From: Bdellovibrionales bacterium | Lineage (GTDB): Bacteria; Bdellovibrionota; Bdellovibrionia; Bdellovibrionales; UBA1609 | DNA: 64,000 nucleotides | Assembly (NCBI GenBank): GCA_027317865.1 | Contig: DAHVQG010000013.1 | Location: forward strand, 1-64,000 | Direction of reading: 5' to 3' | Part shown: positions 20,031-30,567 of the stretch, piece after piece | Layout: the number at the start of each line of letters is the position of its first letter | Position numbering within the stretch: the stretch's first letter is position 1 | The notes under the pieces: model-generated | The model's input: the letters and a program-made list of their open reading frames with translations, nothing else | Told to the model about the DNA's origin: nothing | Database searches by the model: none | Program-made: the position numbers and the translations under genes

Positions 20031-21884
20031 TTAATCATTAGGGCAGCGCGAAGGACGCGTCAACGAAAAGTCTTTTGGTTGCAACTGTAACAACACGTGA
20101 CGAACTGCGCAGTGAGCGCGGAACACAGCTTCTTCAAATGTCGGGATGCCGATATCAGGACTTGCAAAATAAACGTGGCCGAACGGTCGGGCCAAAAATC
20201 GAGCGTCGTAAATAAAGTGCCCGGGCCCTACAATGGGTACGCTTGCCGGCATTCGTGAAACATGAACGGATTGTAAGTCTATGGCGCCTGACCTTAAGCT
20301 TTCAGAATCCTGGGCGTGTAAACTGTAAAATAACGATTGAAACGTTTTCGCCCAATTGGCAACGGCGTGGCTGGCAAGCGACGCGACCGTTTTTGGTGCC
20401 AACTTTGAGCGGTGATACAAAATTTGCGGTGACATGTTGATTGGCAATGGCTCCAAAAGAGTTATGGTCTCGGTGGAGTCGGTAGCCAGGTCGTTAAAAA
20501 ACTCTGGGAGTAAAAAACTGGTAGGGGTCGGAGCCGACGCAGCGGATTTCGAAGTTGGTCCGTTGTTATCCCACCATATTTGATAACTCGAGAAGAACGG
20601 CCGGCCGTTAAGGACAATGTTATAGCGCATGATTGGGGCATAGTTCATATCCCGTATCAACTGAACTTGTTTACGAATCGAATAGGCTTTTGCGGTTGCA
20701 AAGCCTTCTATTTTGCCGGGCGCCGATTGTAAACTCATGGCCCAAATCACGGCATGCGCGTGAACTTCGTGGGGCCGGCCATCGAGCGTGTAGTCAATTG
20801 TTATATCGTTCGTTTTCGGCGACATAATACTTGTCAGGCGCGTGAGGCGGCGAAATGTAACATAAGAGTTGTCGTCAAGGTGCCTTCGCAACCGGTGTAG
20901 ATCCTTTGCGGCGTGAGTAAGAGGACGCACCATATGAGTTACGTTCAACATGATTTTGGCAACGTACAACGCCGAAAGATTACGGCACTCCGTACCGGCG
21001 CGAGTAAGGCAAACAAGATTGGCATAGGTTAATACATTTTTCATCGGCGGCCCTGCGTGCGCGCTCACAAAATTTTTGTCATGGTAGCGCATGTATATCT
21101 TTTGCGATTTTTGATCGCTGCGCTCGCGTAGATCTTCGGGCATGGATTCGATCCATTTCGCCGCATTCATTTGGTCGAGATCGAGGTGATAATGGCGTTG
21201 AGCGCTGGTTTCAAGCGGAACAGTTCCAACCATTCGGCCTTTAAACTCCTTGTAAAGTTCTCGTTTAAAAACCGCAAAATCCGGCGGGAGTTTTTTTAGT
21301 GTGTTGTCATCCCACATGTGATTATAAAACACGCCGTGAAAATAGTAAGCATCGACCGGTTCGATGTAAGGGGAGTTGATCGCCCCTGGTGCACGGCCTG
21401 CGTGATTTTTTGTTACCTCGCCCACCTGCGGAATCTTTTTATTGTACGGGTTGAAAAACCGGCGGAATACCTCTGAAATTTCGCGATCGCGAGCGGATAT
21501 GCTCGGCGGCCGATCGATAATCGCTTCGCCGTCGGCGATGGCGATCGCGTGGAGTTGGCCGACCAATTCATCGTCGCTCGAAACGAGATCGAGAACGTGG
21601 AGATGATGCCGGGCAAGCCCATATGTTGCGGACCATCCCGCCAATTGGCCACCTATAACCACGACGTCGTATGTGCCGTCGTCAGATACCGGACTTTCGC
21701 GAATTTTGTCTGTGCGTTTGGCCGGTTCATCTGTCGGCTCGTCAAAATAAATAGGCGCGCGTTGCGGTTCGCTCGTGTAGTACTGTACGGTGTTTACGCT
21801 GGCTGGGTTCCGTTCGATGAGCGAACAACCGGCAAAAGCCGCGATGAGCCCGCCGCTCGTCAGAAAAAGTAGCACATACCTCAT
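20031..21884 (-). CDS. Lipoprotein with flavin amine-oxidase-like FAD-binding fold
   Basis: Lipobox FAGC; YDVVVIGGQLAGWSA Rossmann-like start; C-terminal VYFASPDIGIPTFEEAV. Confidence 0.65.
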   Translation of the reverse strand: MRYVLLFLTSGGLIAAFAGCSLIERNPASVNTVQYYTSEPQRAPIYFDEPTDEPAKRTDKIRESPVSDDGTYDVVVIGGQLAGWSATYGLARHHLHVLDLVSSDDELVGQLHAIAIADGEAIIDRPPSISARDREISEVFRRFFNPYNKKIPQVGEVTKNHAGRAPGAINSPYIEPVDAYYFHGVFYNHMWDDNTLKKLPPDFAVFKRELYKEFKGRMVGTVPLETSAQRHYHLDLDQMNAAKWIESMPEDLRERSDQKSQKIYMRYHDKNFVSAHAGPPMKNVLTYANLVCLTRAGTECRNLSALYVAKIMLNVTHMVRPLTHAAKDLHRLRRHLDDNSYVTFRRLTRLTSIMSPKTNDITIDYTLDGRPHEVHAHAVIWAMSLQSAPGKIEGFATAKAYSIRKQVQLIRDMNYAPIMRYNIVLNGRPFFSSYQIWWDNNGPTSKSAASAPTPTSFLLPEFFNDLATDSTETITLLEPLPINMSPQILYHRSKLAPKTVASLASHAVANWAKTFQSLFYSLHAQDSESLRSGAIDLQSVHVSRMPASVPIVGPGHFIYDARFLARPFGHVYFASPDIGIPTFEEAVFRAHCAVRHVLLQLQPKDFSLTRPSRCPND

Positions 21885-21935
21885 GTTACTATGGCAACAC
21901 GGATTGACGCATTCGTAAACGAGCCGTTCGTTGAG

Positions 21936-22778
21936 TTAAACCGGATAATACCCAATTAAACGTTGAATTCGCCGTGCGGTTTGCGGTTGAGTCGCGAATT
22001 GCCGGGTCCAGCGAGTCATGGTTAACGGGCTAACAATAAAAACATGTGCGGCTGACAGTGGGGCCGGCATGGGGGAAGTCGTTGCATAGGAGTCGAGCTT
22101 CCAAAGTGCGGTTGCCAAATTTTTGGGGTCGCGGATTAAATTGGCGGCTAAATGATCGGCGGCCATATAAAATGACGGTCGAACCGACAAACGCAAAATG
22201 AAACTGATGATAGGTGACGCCAGCCGCGTAAAAAATTGGCTGACGAAGGTGCCACGATTTTTTCGCTCCACTATGAGAAAGCGCAAAAAAACGTCGAGCG
22301 CGCCTGTAATCAAAAGTCCGGTTGAGGCGAGAAAACTGCCGACTGCAAACGCCAACGTGTTAAGGGTACGAATGCTTGCGATCTGATATGCAACGACGGC
22401 TTCGAGTTCTTCGGGATTGAGTTTTCGAATCAAACCCTCAGTCAAAATCAAAGTGCCGTGCGTGAGGCTACGGCCAACAACTGCGGCTTGCGGGGCGTCT
22501 TCGTCTAAAATTACAATCCGCGGATTTGCGATGCGCGCCTTTACCGACAAACGTCGAGCGATTTCGGCGACACCGTACGGATCTTGACCTTGCAGCATTT
22601 GACCCGGTAACAATCCGAGAACGCGACGGTCTTCATAAAAATAAATGTACGAATTTACACTCAAGACAAATACAAGTGCGATCATGAGGCCTTCGCGGCC
22701 GCCAAAAGCGTGACCCAAGACAATTAGCGTTAATGACGAAACTGCTAAAAACATCCAAGCTTTTGTGACATTGCCCAT
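21936..22778 (-). CDS. HtpX/M48 family homologue lacking zinc ligands
   Basis: HtpX-like topology (LTEGLI..L..EELEAVVA; AD..AA....P..LA.AL.KL); HExxH replaced by YQIAS and THP by TQP. Confidence 0.8.
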   Translation of the reverse strand: MGNVTKAWMFLAVSSLTLIVLGHAFGGREGLMIALVFVLSVNSYIYFYEDRRVLGLLPGQMLQGQDPYGVAEIARRLSVKARIANPRIVILDEDAPQAAVVGRSLTHGTLILTEGLIRKLNPEELEAVVAYQIASIRTLNTLAFAVGSFLASTGLLITGALDVFLRFLIVERKNRGTFVSQFFTRLASPIISFILRLSVRPSFYMAADHLAANLIRDPKNLATALWKLDSYATTSPMPAPLSAAHVFIVSPLTMTRWTRQFATQPQTARRIQRLIGYYPV

Positions 22779-22841
22779 ATTCGGTTATCATAACCATGAA
22801 CTGGACCGCAGCACAAGTCGTAAGGACGAAGGAGTCATTGC

Positions 22842-23831
22842 ATGAGCGTCGATGTTTTAGCCCTTAACGAAACCATCAAACAAGAAAGTCAGTTTGTTGA
22901 TCGCGCATTACGCGAAATCAATAAAGTCGTCGTGGGCCAGCGCGAAATGATCGAAAGTATTTTCATGGGACTTCTTACGGGCGGCCACGTCTTACTCGAA
23001 GGCGTACCCGGGCTCGCAAAGACACTGACGATTTCGTCCGTCGCTAAGGCGATCAGTCTCGGATTTCAACGCGTACAGTTTACTCCCGATCTACTCCCGA
23101 CGGATTTAATCGGAACTATGATTTACGATGCGAAGACGAGCGAGTTTCGCACAAAAAAGGGCCCGATTTTTACAAATATTGTATTGGCTGACGAGATCAA
23201 TCGCGCGCCGGCGAAGGTGCAGTCGGCACTACTTGAAGCGATGGCTGAAAAACAAGTTACAATAGGTGATACGACTTACAAACTTGAAATTCCGTTTTTG
23301 GTGCTGGCGACGCAAAACCCGCTTGAGCAAGAAGGAACATACCCGCTCCCCGAGGCGCAAATGGACCGGTTTATGTTCAAAGTTCTTGTGAGCTACCCTA
23401 AGAAAACCGAAGAGATGGAAATTCTTAATCGAATGGCCACTGATAATGTTCCGCAGATCGAACCGATTATTAATCGCGACGAATTGCTGCGCGCGCGCGG
23501 TCGCTGCGATATGATTTACATCGATGAGAAATTGAAAACATATATTGTTGAACTGGTCATGGCCACGCGCGAACCCGCCAATCACGGCCTGGCTTCAATG
23601 GAAAGTCTGATTCAAGTCGGCGGTTCACCGAGGGCCACTATTTCGCTAACGCGCGCAAGTAAAGCACAGGCCTTTTTACGCTCGCGCGGTTATGTGACCG
23701 CCGACGATATTAAAGCGGTCGCGTACCATGTGTTGCGACATCGTCTGATTCTGACTTACGAAGCTGAGGCCGAAAACATCAAGACGGACGATGTCATAAA
23801 AGAAGTGCTCAATACGGTTGAGGTCCCCTGA
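22842..23831 (+). CDS. moxR: MoxR family AAA+ ATPase
   Basis: GVPGLAKT Walker A, QFTPDLLP, LADEINRAPAKVQSALLEAM and ATQNPLEQEGTYPLPEAQMDRF motifs. Confidence 0.96.
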   Translation: MSVDVLALNETIKQESQFVDRALREINKVVVGQREMIESIFMGLLTGGHVLLEGVPGLAKTLTISSVAKAISLGFQRVQFTPDLLPTDLIGTMIYDAKTSEFRTKKGPIFTNIVLADEINRAPAKVQSALLEAMAEKQVTIGDTTYKLEIPFLVLATQNPLEQEGTYPLPEAQMDRFMFKVLVSYPKKTEEMEILNRMATDNVPQIEPIINRDELLRARGRCDMIYIDEKLKTYIVELVMATREPANHGLASMESLIQVGGSPRATISLTRASKAQAFLRSRGYVTADDIKAVAYHVLRHRLILTYEAEAENIKTDDVIKEVLNTVEVP

Positions 23832-23864
23832 CAAGGACTCGCATCGCGAATCTGGAGCTTTGAC

Positions 23865-24755
23865 ATGAGTTCTGCTAACGCCACTTTGCCACCTGAAATA
23901 CTAAAAAAGGTTCATTTACTTGAACTGAATACGCGAAAACTCGTGAACAATCTTTTCGCCGGTGAGTATCATTCGGCGTTCAAGGGCCAAGGGATGACCT
24001 TTTCGGAATTTCGCGAATACGCGCCAGGTGACGACATTCGCACGATTTCGTGGCCGGTGACCGCGCGCATGGGCAAGCCGTACATAAAAAAATTCGATGA
24101 AGAGCGGGAGCTGACGCTGATGTTGCTTGTCGACGTGAGTGGATCCGGTGACTTTGGCACCGGTGAATATTTTAAAGGTGAAGTGATTGCACACTTAGCC
24201 GCGCTCCTCAGTTTTTCAGCGGCAAAGAATAACGATGCCGTCGGAGTAATTCTTTTTTCGGACCGCATTGAGCACTACGTGCCGCCAAAAAAAGGGCGTG
24301 GGCATGTTTATCGGATTTTGCGCGATTTGTACTACTTTAAGCCGCAGAGCCGCGGCACCAACATTCAAGCCGCGTTGGAATACGCACAGGGAGTTTTGAA
24401 AAAGCGCTCCACAGTGTTTTTGTTCAGCGATTTTCAGGACCGCAATTTTGATCGCGCGCTACGCCAGGTCGGGCGCAAGCATGATCTCATCGCGTGCGTG
24501 ATTCGCGATGCCGCCGAAAATGAAATTCCGAACGTGGGCCTGATTGAACTTGAAGACTCCGAAACGGGTGAACGTATAGTTGTGGACACCGGGTCGCCCG
24601 TTTTTCGCCGGCGTTATCTGCAAGAGATGAAACGCGCCAAAGACGAACGCGATCAACTTCTCAGGCGGGCGCAAGTCGAACGAATCGACATTGATACTTC
24701 GAAGGATTTTGTTGATCCGCTCGCCGAATTTTTTCGTCGAAGGAATAAGAAATGA
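23865..24755 (+). CDS. DUF58 (vWA-like) protein
   Basis: GEYHSAFKGQGMTFSEFREY.PGDDIR.I.W..TAR, DVSGS and FSDF motifs. Confidence 0.93.
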   Translation: MSSANATLPPEILKKVHLLELNTRKLVNNLFAGEYHSAFKGQGMTFSEFREYAPGDDIRTISWPVTARMGKPYIKKFDEERELTLMLLVDVSGSGDFGTGEYFKGEVIAHLAALLSFSAAKNNDAVGVILFSDRIEHYVPPKKGRGHVYRILRDLYYFKPQSRGTNIQAALEYAQGVLKKRSTVFLFSDFQDRNFDRALRQVGRKHDLIACVIRDAAENEIPNVGLIELEDSETGERIVVDTGSPVFRRRYLQEMKRAKDERDQLLRRAQVERIDIDTSKDFVDPLAEFFRRRNKK

Positions 24756-25726
24756 GTCGAGCTCCGGTTCATGTGCCCAATCGGGCTTCGCCGCCTTCGG
24801 CCAATTGTACGCTCTCGGCCGCGCAAATTACGGTTGGGCAAAAAATTGTGCTCGATTGCACGGGCCAATTCAAAACTCCGCCAAGCGCTGATTTGCAGGT
24901 CGTGCCGGCGACACCCGCAAACGCGTATCAACTTTACGTGCTCAAGGTCGCGCAGTCTTCGTCCACTGAAGTAAAAGCCACGGTGACCGGTTACCGCGTC
25001 GGCAAAATTAATAACCAGATTTTTATATTATCTGATGGCAACCCGAAGAGCCAGCGTGAGGGTAGCTCAAAAATCCAGAGCACGGGTACTGTGACATTTC
25101 AAACTTCACCGCTCAGTTTGACCGTTGCAAGCGTAATGAATCCGTCTCATCCTGTTTCTAAACCGTACAGCTCCATCGGACCGTTTCGCATGGCTTATCC
25201 GGTTTGGCTTTGGTATTTTCTAATTGCAATCGCCCTATTATTAGTGGGTGTGATCGTGCAAGTATTTCTTCGCCGGCGCCGGCGACGTCATCTACGCAAA
25301 GAAATGGAAAAACACGCCGTACGGCTACCAGCCTATGCGCAATTTAGTAAAGACGCGCGCGCCGCCGCGAGAAAATTAGTCGTAACGAGGGCCGATTCCG
25401 AAGCGCCTGAACTGTTGGCGCGAATTGAAGAAGATTTTCGACTGTATCTCATTCGGGAGTTGCATGTTCCGGCGCTGCAAGTTTCAGATCGCGAATTGCT
25501 CAGCGAAATTCGCCGGTCACAAAAAGCAGTTTATCAACAGTGCCAATCTGAATTACGACGGTTTTTCTTTGAACTGGCAAAAAGTCACGGGGATGATCGC
25601 GCTCAGTTGAAGATTAAAGATTGCGAAGATCTTTTATATTTGTCGCGGCACCTTGCCGATAATATTCAGGCGATAAAACGCAAAGATCGCTCGAATTTTT
25701 CGAGCCGAATGCGAGGGCGGCCATGA
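24752..25726 (+). CDS. Bat-operon membrane-anchored hypothetical protein
   Basis: Position between DUF58 and batA; beta-rich N-domain, one TM followed by an Arg run, helical C-domain; ATGA overlaps on both sides. Confidence 0.7.
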   Translation: MSRAPVHVPNRASPPSANCTLSAAQITVGQKIVLDCTGQFKTPPSADLQVVPATPANAYQLYVLKVAQSSSTEVKATVTGYRVGKINNQIFILSDGNPKSQREGSSKIQSTGTVTFQTSPLSLTVASVMNPSHPVSKPYSSIGPFRMAYPVWLWYFLIAIALLLVGVIVQVFLRRRRRRHLRKEMEKHAVRLPAYAQFSKDARAAARKLVVTRADSEAPELLARIEEDFRLYLIRELHVPALQVSDRELLSEIRRSQKAVYQQCQSELRRFFFELAKSHGDDRAQLKIKDCEDLLYLSRHLADNIQAIKRKDRSNFSSRMRGRP

Positions 25727-26742
25727 TTCATTGGGCCTCGCCGATTGCGTTTGTGATGATTCCCGTTGTGTTGGCCGTTGTCGGCTACCGGTTTTGGAGT
25801 CACTCCGAAAAAGACGCGAGCCTTCAGTTTAGCCGTCTTAAAGATTTGAAAAATGTGCCGCGAGGTTTGTCGGCCCGATTGACCGAGTTGCCGACGTTAC
25901 TCAAAGTTGTGGCTCTCGGTTTTGCAATCATGGCGCTCGCGCGGCCGCAAAGTCCGAGTCAACAAGTCCGTCGAAGTGTTGAAGGTATCGACATCATGAT
26001 TTGTCTCGACGTTTCGGGGTCAATGCTGATTCAAGATATGAAACCGGTGAATCGCGTGACCTCCGCCAAGAAGTGGATTGGCGAGTTTATCAAAGGCCGC
26101 ACGTCAGACCGTATCGGTCTAATCGTATTTTCGGGCGAAGCTTATACCCGCGTGCCGCTGACTCTCGATTATCCGCTGCTTCTCAAAAGTGTGAATAGTA
26201 TTAGAATGCGCAGAATTTCAACGACACTGAAGCCGGGCACGGCGATCGGAGTGGGGTTGGCCGATGCGGTTGCAAATTTGCGCAAGTCGAAGGCAAAAAC
26301 AAAAGTCATAATTTTCTTGACCGACGGTGAGAATAACACGGGCACAATCGATCCCGATACGGCACTACAAATGGCAAAAGGCTACGGGATGAAAATTTAT
26401 TCGGTTGGGATGGGCCGCAACGGCGAAGCGGAATTGCCGATATACGTGAAAGACGCTTTCGGCCATACCGTTAAAGAGTATCAACCGATTGACAGTGAAG
26501 TGAATGTGAAACTCCTGAAGAAATTTGCGGACGAAACAGGCGGTAAATTCTTTCGCGCCAAAGAAGGGTACCAACTAAGAACGGTTTTTAACGACATCGA
26601 CAAATTGACGAAATCGAAAATTAAGACTGATAAATACACCCGGTACACCGAAATGTTTCAATCCGATTTGGGTTGGGCGATATTGTTGTACATTGTGGCG
26701 ATTATTTTGGGCCAAACGCTTTTGCGGCGAGGTCCACTATGA
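25723..26742 (+). CDS. batA: BatA-like vWA protein
   Basis: ALARPQ, GIDIMICLDVSGSM (MIDAS), DRIGLIVF..PLTLD and LTDGENNTG motifs. Confidence 0.92.
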   Translation: MIHWASPIAFVMIPVVLAVVGYRFWSHSEKDASLQFSRLKDLKNVPRGLSARLTELPTLLKVVALGFAIMALARPQSPSQQVRRSVEGIDIMICLDVSGSMLIQDMKPVNRVTSAKKWIGEFIKGRTSDRIGLIVFSGEAYTRVPLTLDYPLLLKSVNSIRMRRISTTLKPGTAIGVGLADAVANLRKSKAKTKVIIFLTDGENNTGTIDPDTALQMAKGYGMKIYSVGMGRNGEAELPIYVKDAFGHTVKEYQPIDSEVNVKLLKKFADETGGKFFRAKEGYQLRTVFNDIDKLTKSKIKTDKYTRYTEMFQSDLGWAILLYIVAIILGQTLLRRGPL

Positions 26743-27827
26743 ATAACTCCATAGCGGCAGGTGCATTGGGGTGGCGTTTTGCATCGGCGAGCGACTTGCA
26801 CTGGCTCTGGATTTTGCCTGTGCTGTTTGTGCTTTTTCGAATTTGGAGTAAACGGGCCGAGGCGCGTTTCAGAAAAAATTTGGGTGGTAAAACTGTACCC
26901 TTGTTAACAGCTTCGGTCTCTCAAAAAAAACGCAAGTGGAAGATTTATCTGCAGTTGATCGCTTTAACTCTGATGATTGTGTCATATGCTCGGCCGCAAG
27001 CGGGCGTGGGCTACCAAAATGTAAAAAACGAAGGCATTGAAATTCTACTTGTAATGGACGTTTCGAATTCGATGCGGGCCGAAGACATTAAACCGAGCCG
27101 GTTGGAGTTTGCGCGCTCTGAACTTTTGCAGTTTGTGAATATGTCCGGTGGTGATCGAATGGGTGTCGTGGCTTTTGCCGGATCAGCTGCGCTATTGTGC
27201 CCGCTCACAACCGATCAAGATGCCGTAAAAATGTATTTACGATCTCTCAGTACCGACAGCGTCAGCACGCAAGGGACTGATTTTCAAAAAGCACTCGCTG
27301 TGGCGGACGAGGCATTTAAAAACGGCGGCTTGGGCGGTCAACCGGGAGTACAAGTGACTCGTGCCATTCTGCTTGTGTCGGATGGCCAAGACAATGAACC
27401 CGGGGCTCTGGTTGAAGCAGAAAAATTGGCAAAACAAGGCATTCACATTTTTACCTTGGCGGTGGGTACTGCCGAAGGTGCGCCGATTCCAATCCGCGAT
27501 AGCAACGGCCAACTGACAGGTTATATGCGAGACGCCGCTGGCCAGGTGGTTATGACAAAAGTTTCGGGCAAGGAGCTTGAGGCTATGGCCCGCATGGGTC
27601 ATGGTGCGTTTTACCATGCGACATATGAGGATGATGCAATCCAAGCCGTTCGAACTGAAATTAGTAAGTTACATCAAACGCAGTTTAAGTCCGGGCGAAT
27701 TCCGATTTTTAAAGAATTTTTTCAGTGGCCGCTGTTTTTTGCTTTAGTGATCGCATTAATTGAAATTTGGTTAGGCGAGCGAAAAGAAGGGGGAAGGTGG
27801 CGAGGACGATTCGAGGTGCCCCGGTGA
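26739..27827 (+). CDS. batB: BatB-like vWA protein
   Basis: ARPQ.G, DVSNSM.AEDIKPSRLE, FAG.A...PLTTD, SDG and VGT.EGAPIP motifs; ATGA overlap. Confidence 0.92.
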   Translation: MNNSIAAGALGWRFASASDLHWLWILPVLFVLFRIWSKRAEARFRKNLGGKTVPLLTASVSQKKRKWKIYLQLIALTLMIVSYARPQAGVGYQNVKNEGIEILLVMDVSNSMRAEDIKPSRLEFARSELLQFVNMSGGDRMGVVAFAGSAALLCPLTTDQDAVKMYLRSLSTDSVSTQGTDFQKALAVADEAFKNGGLGGQPGVQVTRAILLVSDGQDNEPGALVEAEKLAKQGIHIFTLAVGTAEGAPIPIRDSNGQLTGYMRDAAGQVVMTKVSGKELEAMARMGHGAFYHATYEDDAIQAVRTEISKLHQTQFKSGRIPIFKEFFQWPLFFALVIALIEIWLGERKEGGRWRGRFEVPR

Positions 27828-28558
27828 AAACGCGAAAAGCACCAATCTTCTCAATTTACTTTATCATGTGTTTTTTTGTAGCCGCTTCGGCGAAGGCCGA
27901 ATCATCCGCGTCGCTTTCGGCGACTCGAGAGAACAATCAGGCCATAGGCGCATTAAAGAAAAACGATTCAGACACGGCCGAAAAAAAGTTACTTAAAGCG
28001 CTGGGAGCCGATCCATTTAATCCGATTTTACACTTGAATTTGGGATGGCTTTTTGAAAAAGGAAAAAAGTACAATATGGCGGCGCGCGAATATGAGTCGA
28101 TTTTGCGGCAGAACGGCCGTCGTCCCGTGAGCGATGAATTAAAATTCATTGCTCACTTCAACGCGGGGAATGCTTTAGCTGAAAAAAAAGACATTCCGGG
28201 AGCTTTGCAGCAGTATCAAGACGCCCTCGACTTAAAACCAGATTCAAAAAAGACAAAAGTGAACATTGAACTTTTGTTTAAGGGTGGCAAGGGCCAGGGG
28301 GGTGGTTCGGGCGGCAAAAATAAACCCAAGAAAAACAAAAATAAAGGGAATAAAAAGCAGCCCAACAAAAACCGAAATAAAAACCAGAATCAGCGTTACA
28401 CGAACAAGGGTCATCCTAAGCCGCAGTTTAACAGCAAAGACTTGACCCGAGAGGACGTGAAAAAAATATTGAGTGAGATAAAATCGGAAGAACAAAAGGT
28501 TCGAGCGCGAATTTATGACACAAAAACAAAAACTCCGCCTCCACTTAAAGACTGGTAA
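27824..28558 (+). CDS. batC: BatC-like TPR protein
   Basis: TPR motifs (HFNAGN..A...Y..AL.L.P), K/N/Q-rich linker, C-terminal KDW; GTG start overlapping the batB stop. Confidence 0.85.
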   Translation: MKTRKAPIFSIYFIMCFFVAASAKAESSASLSATRENNQAIGALKKNDSDTAEKKLLKALGADPFNPILHLNLGWLFEKGKKYNMAAREYESILRQNGRRPVSDELKFIAHFNAGNALAEKKDIPGALQQYQDALDLKPDSKKTKVNIELLFKGGKGQGGGSGGKNKPKKNKNKGNKKQPNKNRNKNQNQRYTNKGHPKPQFNSKDLTREDVKKILSEIKSEEQKVRARIYDTKTKTPPPLKDW

Positions 28559-28583
28559 AAAGGCGGGCAAAAAAAACGGCGAA

Positions 28584-30548
28584 ATGTTGGTGGCGATTTT
28601 CGCCACCGTTTTGCTTACACTGGCGCTTTTGATGGTCCCGGCGCGCGCTTTTGCGAAACTCACGGTCACAATTTCGACAAGCCCTTCGCTCGGAGGCGCA
28701 GGCCATAACACGGTTCGTGTACGTCCCGGAACACCCTTTACTTACACAATTTCTGTAAGTTCAGATAAGTCGACGTCGTTTCCGCGCCCGAAGCACCCGG
28801 ATTTTACCGGTTTTGATAATGAAGGTGAAAGCACTCAAAGTTCGACATCGGTGAATTTCACAAATGGGGCGCTACAAAGCAGCCAAACCACTAGTTATTC
28901 GTACCAACTGGTGCCCGAAAAAGGTGGCACATATACTTTGGGGCCGGCTACAGTTGCGGCTGGCGGCAAACTATATAAGTCTCAGTCAATTATCGTGAAG
29001 GTGAGCCGTCACGCTCCGCAGGTGACGTCGGGTTCAGCGGGATCAAATCAACTTAATTTATTTGGTAATGGACCTAGCGCAGCCGATCTTTTCAGTAAAC
29101 TGCTTCAGGAGCAAATGGGTGGGTTTTTTCGCCCCACTCCCGGCTTGCCGTCGGCGAAATCGAGCCACCTTTATTTCATTCAGGCCGTGGTCAATCGTCA
29201 TAAGGCGTATGTCGGCCAGCAAGTTACGGTCACATATTACTTAGTGACCCGGGCGCAAATTGCGGACATCGATACACTAAGATATCCGAACCTTACTGGT
29301 TTTTGGAAGGAAGACATCGACATCGCGACGGAACTCAATTTTAATCCGGTTAGTTTTAACGGAGTGACGTATCAACGCGCGCTTTTGGCCAGTTATGCGC
29401 TGTTTCCGCTTCATGCGGGTGTGATTAAAATTGATTCGTATCAAACGAAGTGCAAAGTCGTCGTTGCCAATAATATGGGTTTGCCTGAGACGGAGAACGT
29501 CGTTCGAGAAAGTGGCGAGATACCGATTGAGGTTAAACCGTTACCGACAACGGGTAAGCCAGCTCATTTTTCTGGCGGGGTCGGCCAATTCGTGGCGACC
29601 GATTCAGTGGACAACACGAGTACACAGGTCGGGCAACCGGTTACGCTCACAATGCGAATTGAAGGTAAAGGTAACGCCAAGCTTGCCGATATGCCAAAAC
29701 TGCACCTCGGTACTCAGGCGCAAATCTTCGATTCAAAAAAGACAATGAAATTTGACCCTGACGGTCACAGTTTTAAACAAGACCAAGTGCTGATTGTCCC
29801 GCAAAAAGCGGGGACGCTAAAGATCCCGCCTTTTGATTTCTGGTTTTTTAATCCGCACACGAAACGGTATTATGACTCCAAAACCAGTGCGATTGCCATT
29901 CAAGTTGCGCCGGGTAATGGTAACACTCCGTATGCGACACCGGCCCCGGTATTGGCAAACATCGGTGGTTCGGGGTCGGTTGCTGTCACAAACAAAAATG
30001 TGATGCCGGGCCTCTTACTGACGCCCGAACCGTCAGGGCCAATTGCACATCTTTCATCGGTTCAAATCGCCGGTCTTTGGGGCACGTTGTGGGGGATGAG
30101 TGCGCTCGTGCTTGGGGTGTTGGCGTGGCAGCAGTTGCGCGAGACCGATTCGCGCGAAGACTTAAGCCAAAAAATCGATCGGCGTTTAAAAGTAATTCAA
30201 GCCGCGGCTAACGGCGGCCAATATCGCGATGTCGGTCGAGTGGCGACTGAAACAATACATCAAGTCCTTGGTGAAATCGCCGGTTTGGGCGGGGCAAGTT
30301 ACGAATTTGAACGAATGGCTGAACATGCGCCGCCGAGTTTTAAACGGGAATTGGTTCCGCCGCTACGGTCGCTGTTGAGCCGTCTCGAAGCGCTCGCCTA
30401 CGCACCTGAAGCGATGGTGGAGCCGCTTCGTGAGAAAGCCGAACTTAAAAAACTGGTCAGTGAGGCCCACCGGCTCTTACATTTGGCTGCGCAATATGAT
30501 TTTACGTCAAAACGAAACGCCACTCGTCCGTCTGACCCAAGAACGTAG
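28584..30548 (+). CDS. batD: BatD family protein
   Basis: Signal peptide; SSTSVNFTNG..S, YVGQQV, VKPLP...FSGGVGQF, I.GKGN and FNP....Y motifs; C-terminal TM. Confidence 0.88.
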   Translation: MLVAIFATVLLTLALLMVPARAFAKLTVTISTSPSLGGAGHNTVRVRPGTPFTYTISVSSDKSTSFPRPKHPDFTGFDNEGESTQSSTSVNFTNGALQSSQTTSYSYQLVPEKGGTYTLGPATVAAGGKLYKSQSIIVKVSRHAPQVTSGSAGSNQLNLFGNGPSAADLFSKLLQEQMGGFFRPTPGLPSAKSSHLYFIQAVVNRHKAYVGQQVTVTYYLVTRAQIADIDTLRYPNLTGFWKEDIDIATELNFNPVSFNGVTYQRALLASYALFPLHAGVIKIDSYQTKCKVVVANNMGLPETENVVRESGEIPIEVKPLPTTGKPAHFSGGVGQFVATDSVDNTSTQVGQPVTLTMRIEGKGNAKLADMPKLHLGTQAQIFDSKKTMKFDPDGHSFKQDQVLIVPQKAGTLKIPPFDFWFFNPHTKRYYDSKTSAIAIQVAPGNGNTPYATPAPVLANIGGSGSVAVTNKNVMPGLLLTPEPSGPIAHLSSVQIAGLWGTLWGMSALVLGVLAWQQLRETDSREDLSQKIDRRLKVIQAAANGGQYRDVGRVATETIHQVLGEIAGLGGASYEFERMAEHAPPSFKRELVPPLRSLLSRLEALAYAPEAMVEPLREKAELKKLVSEAHRLLHLAAQYDFTSKRNATRPSDPRT

Positions 30549-30567
30549 TACGAGTACGGGGCTGTAA

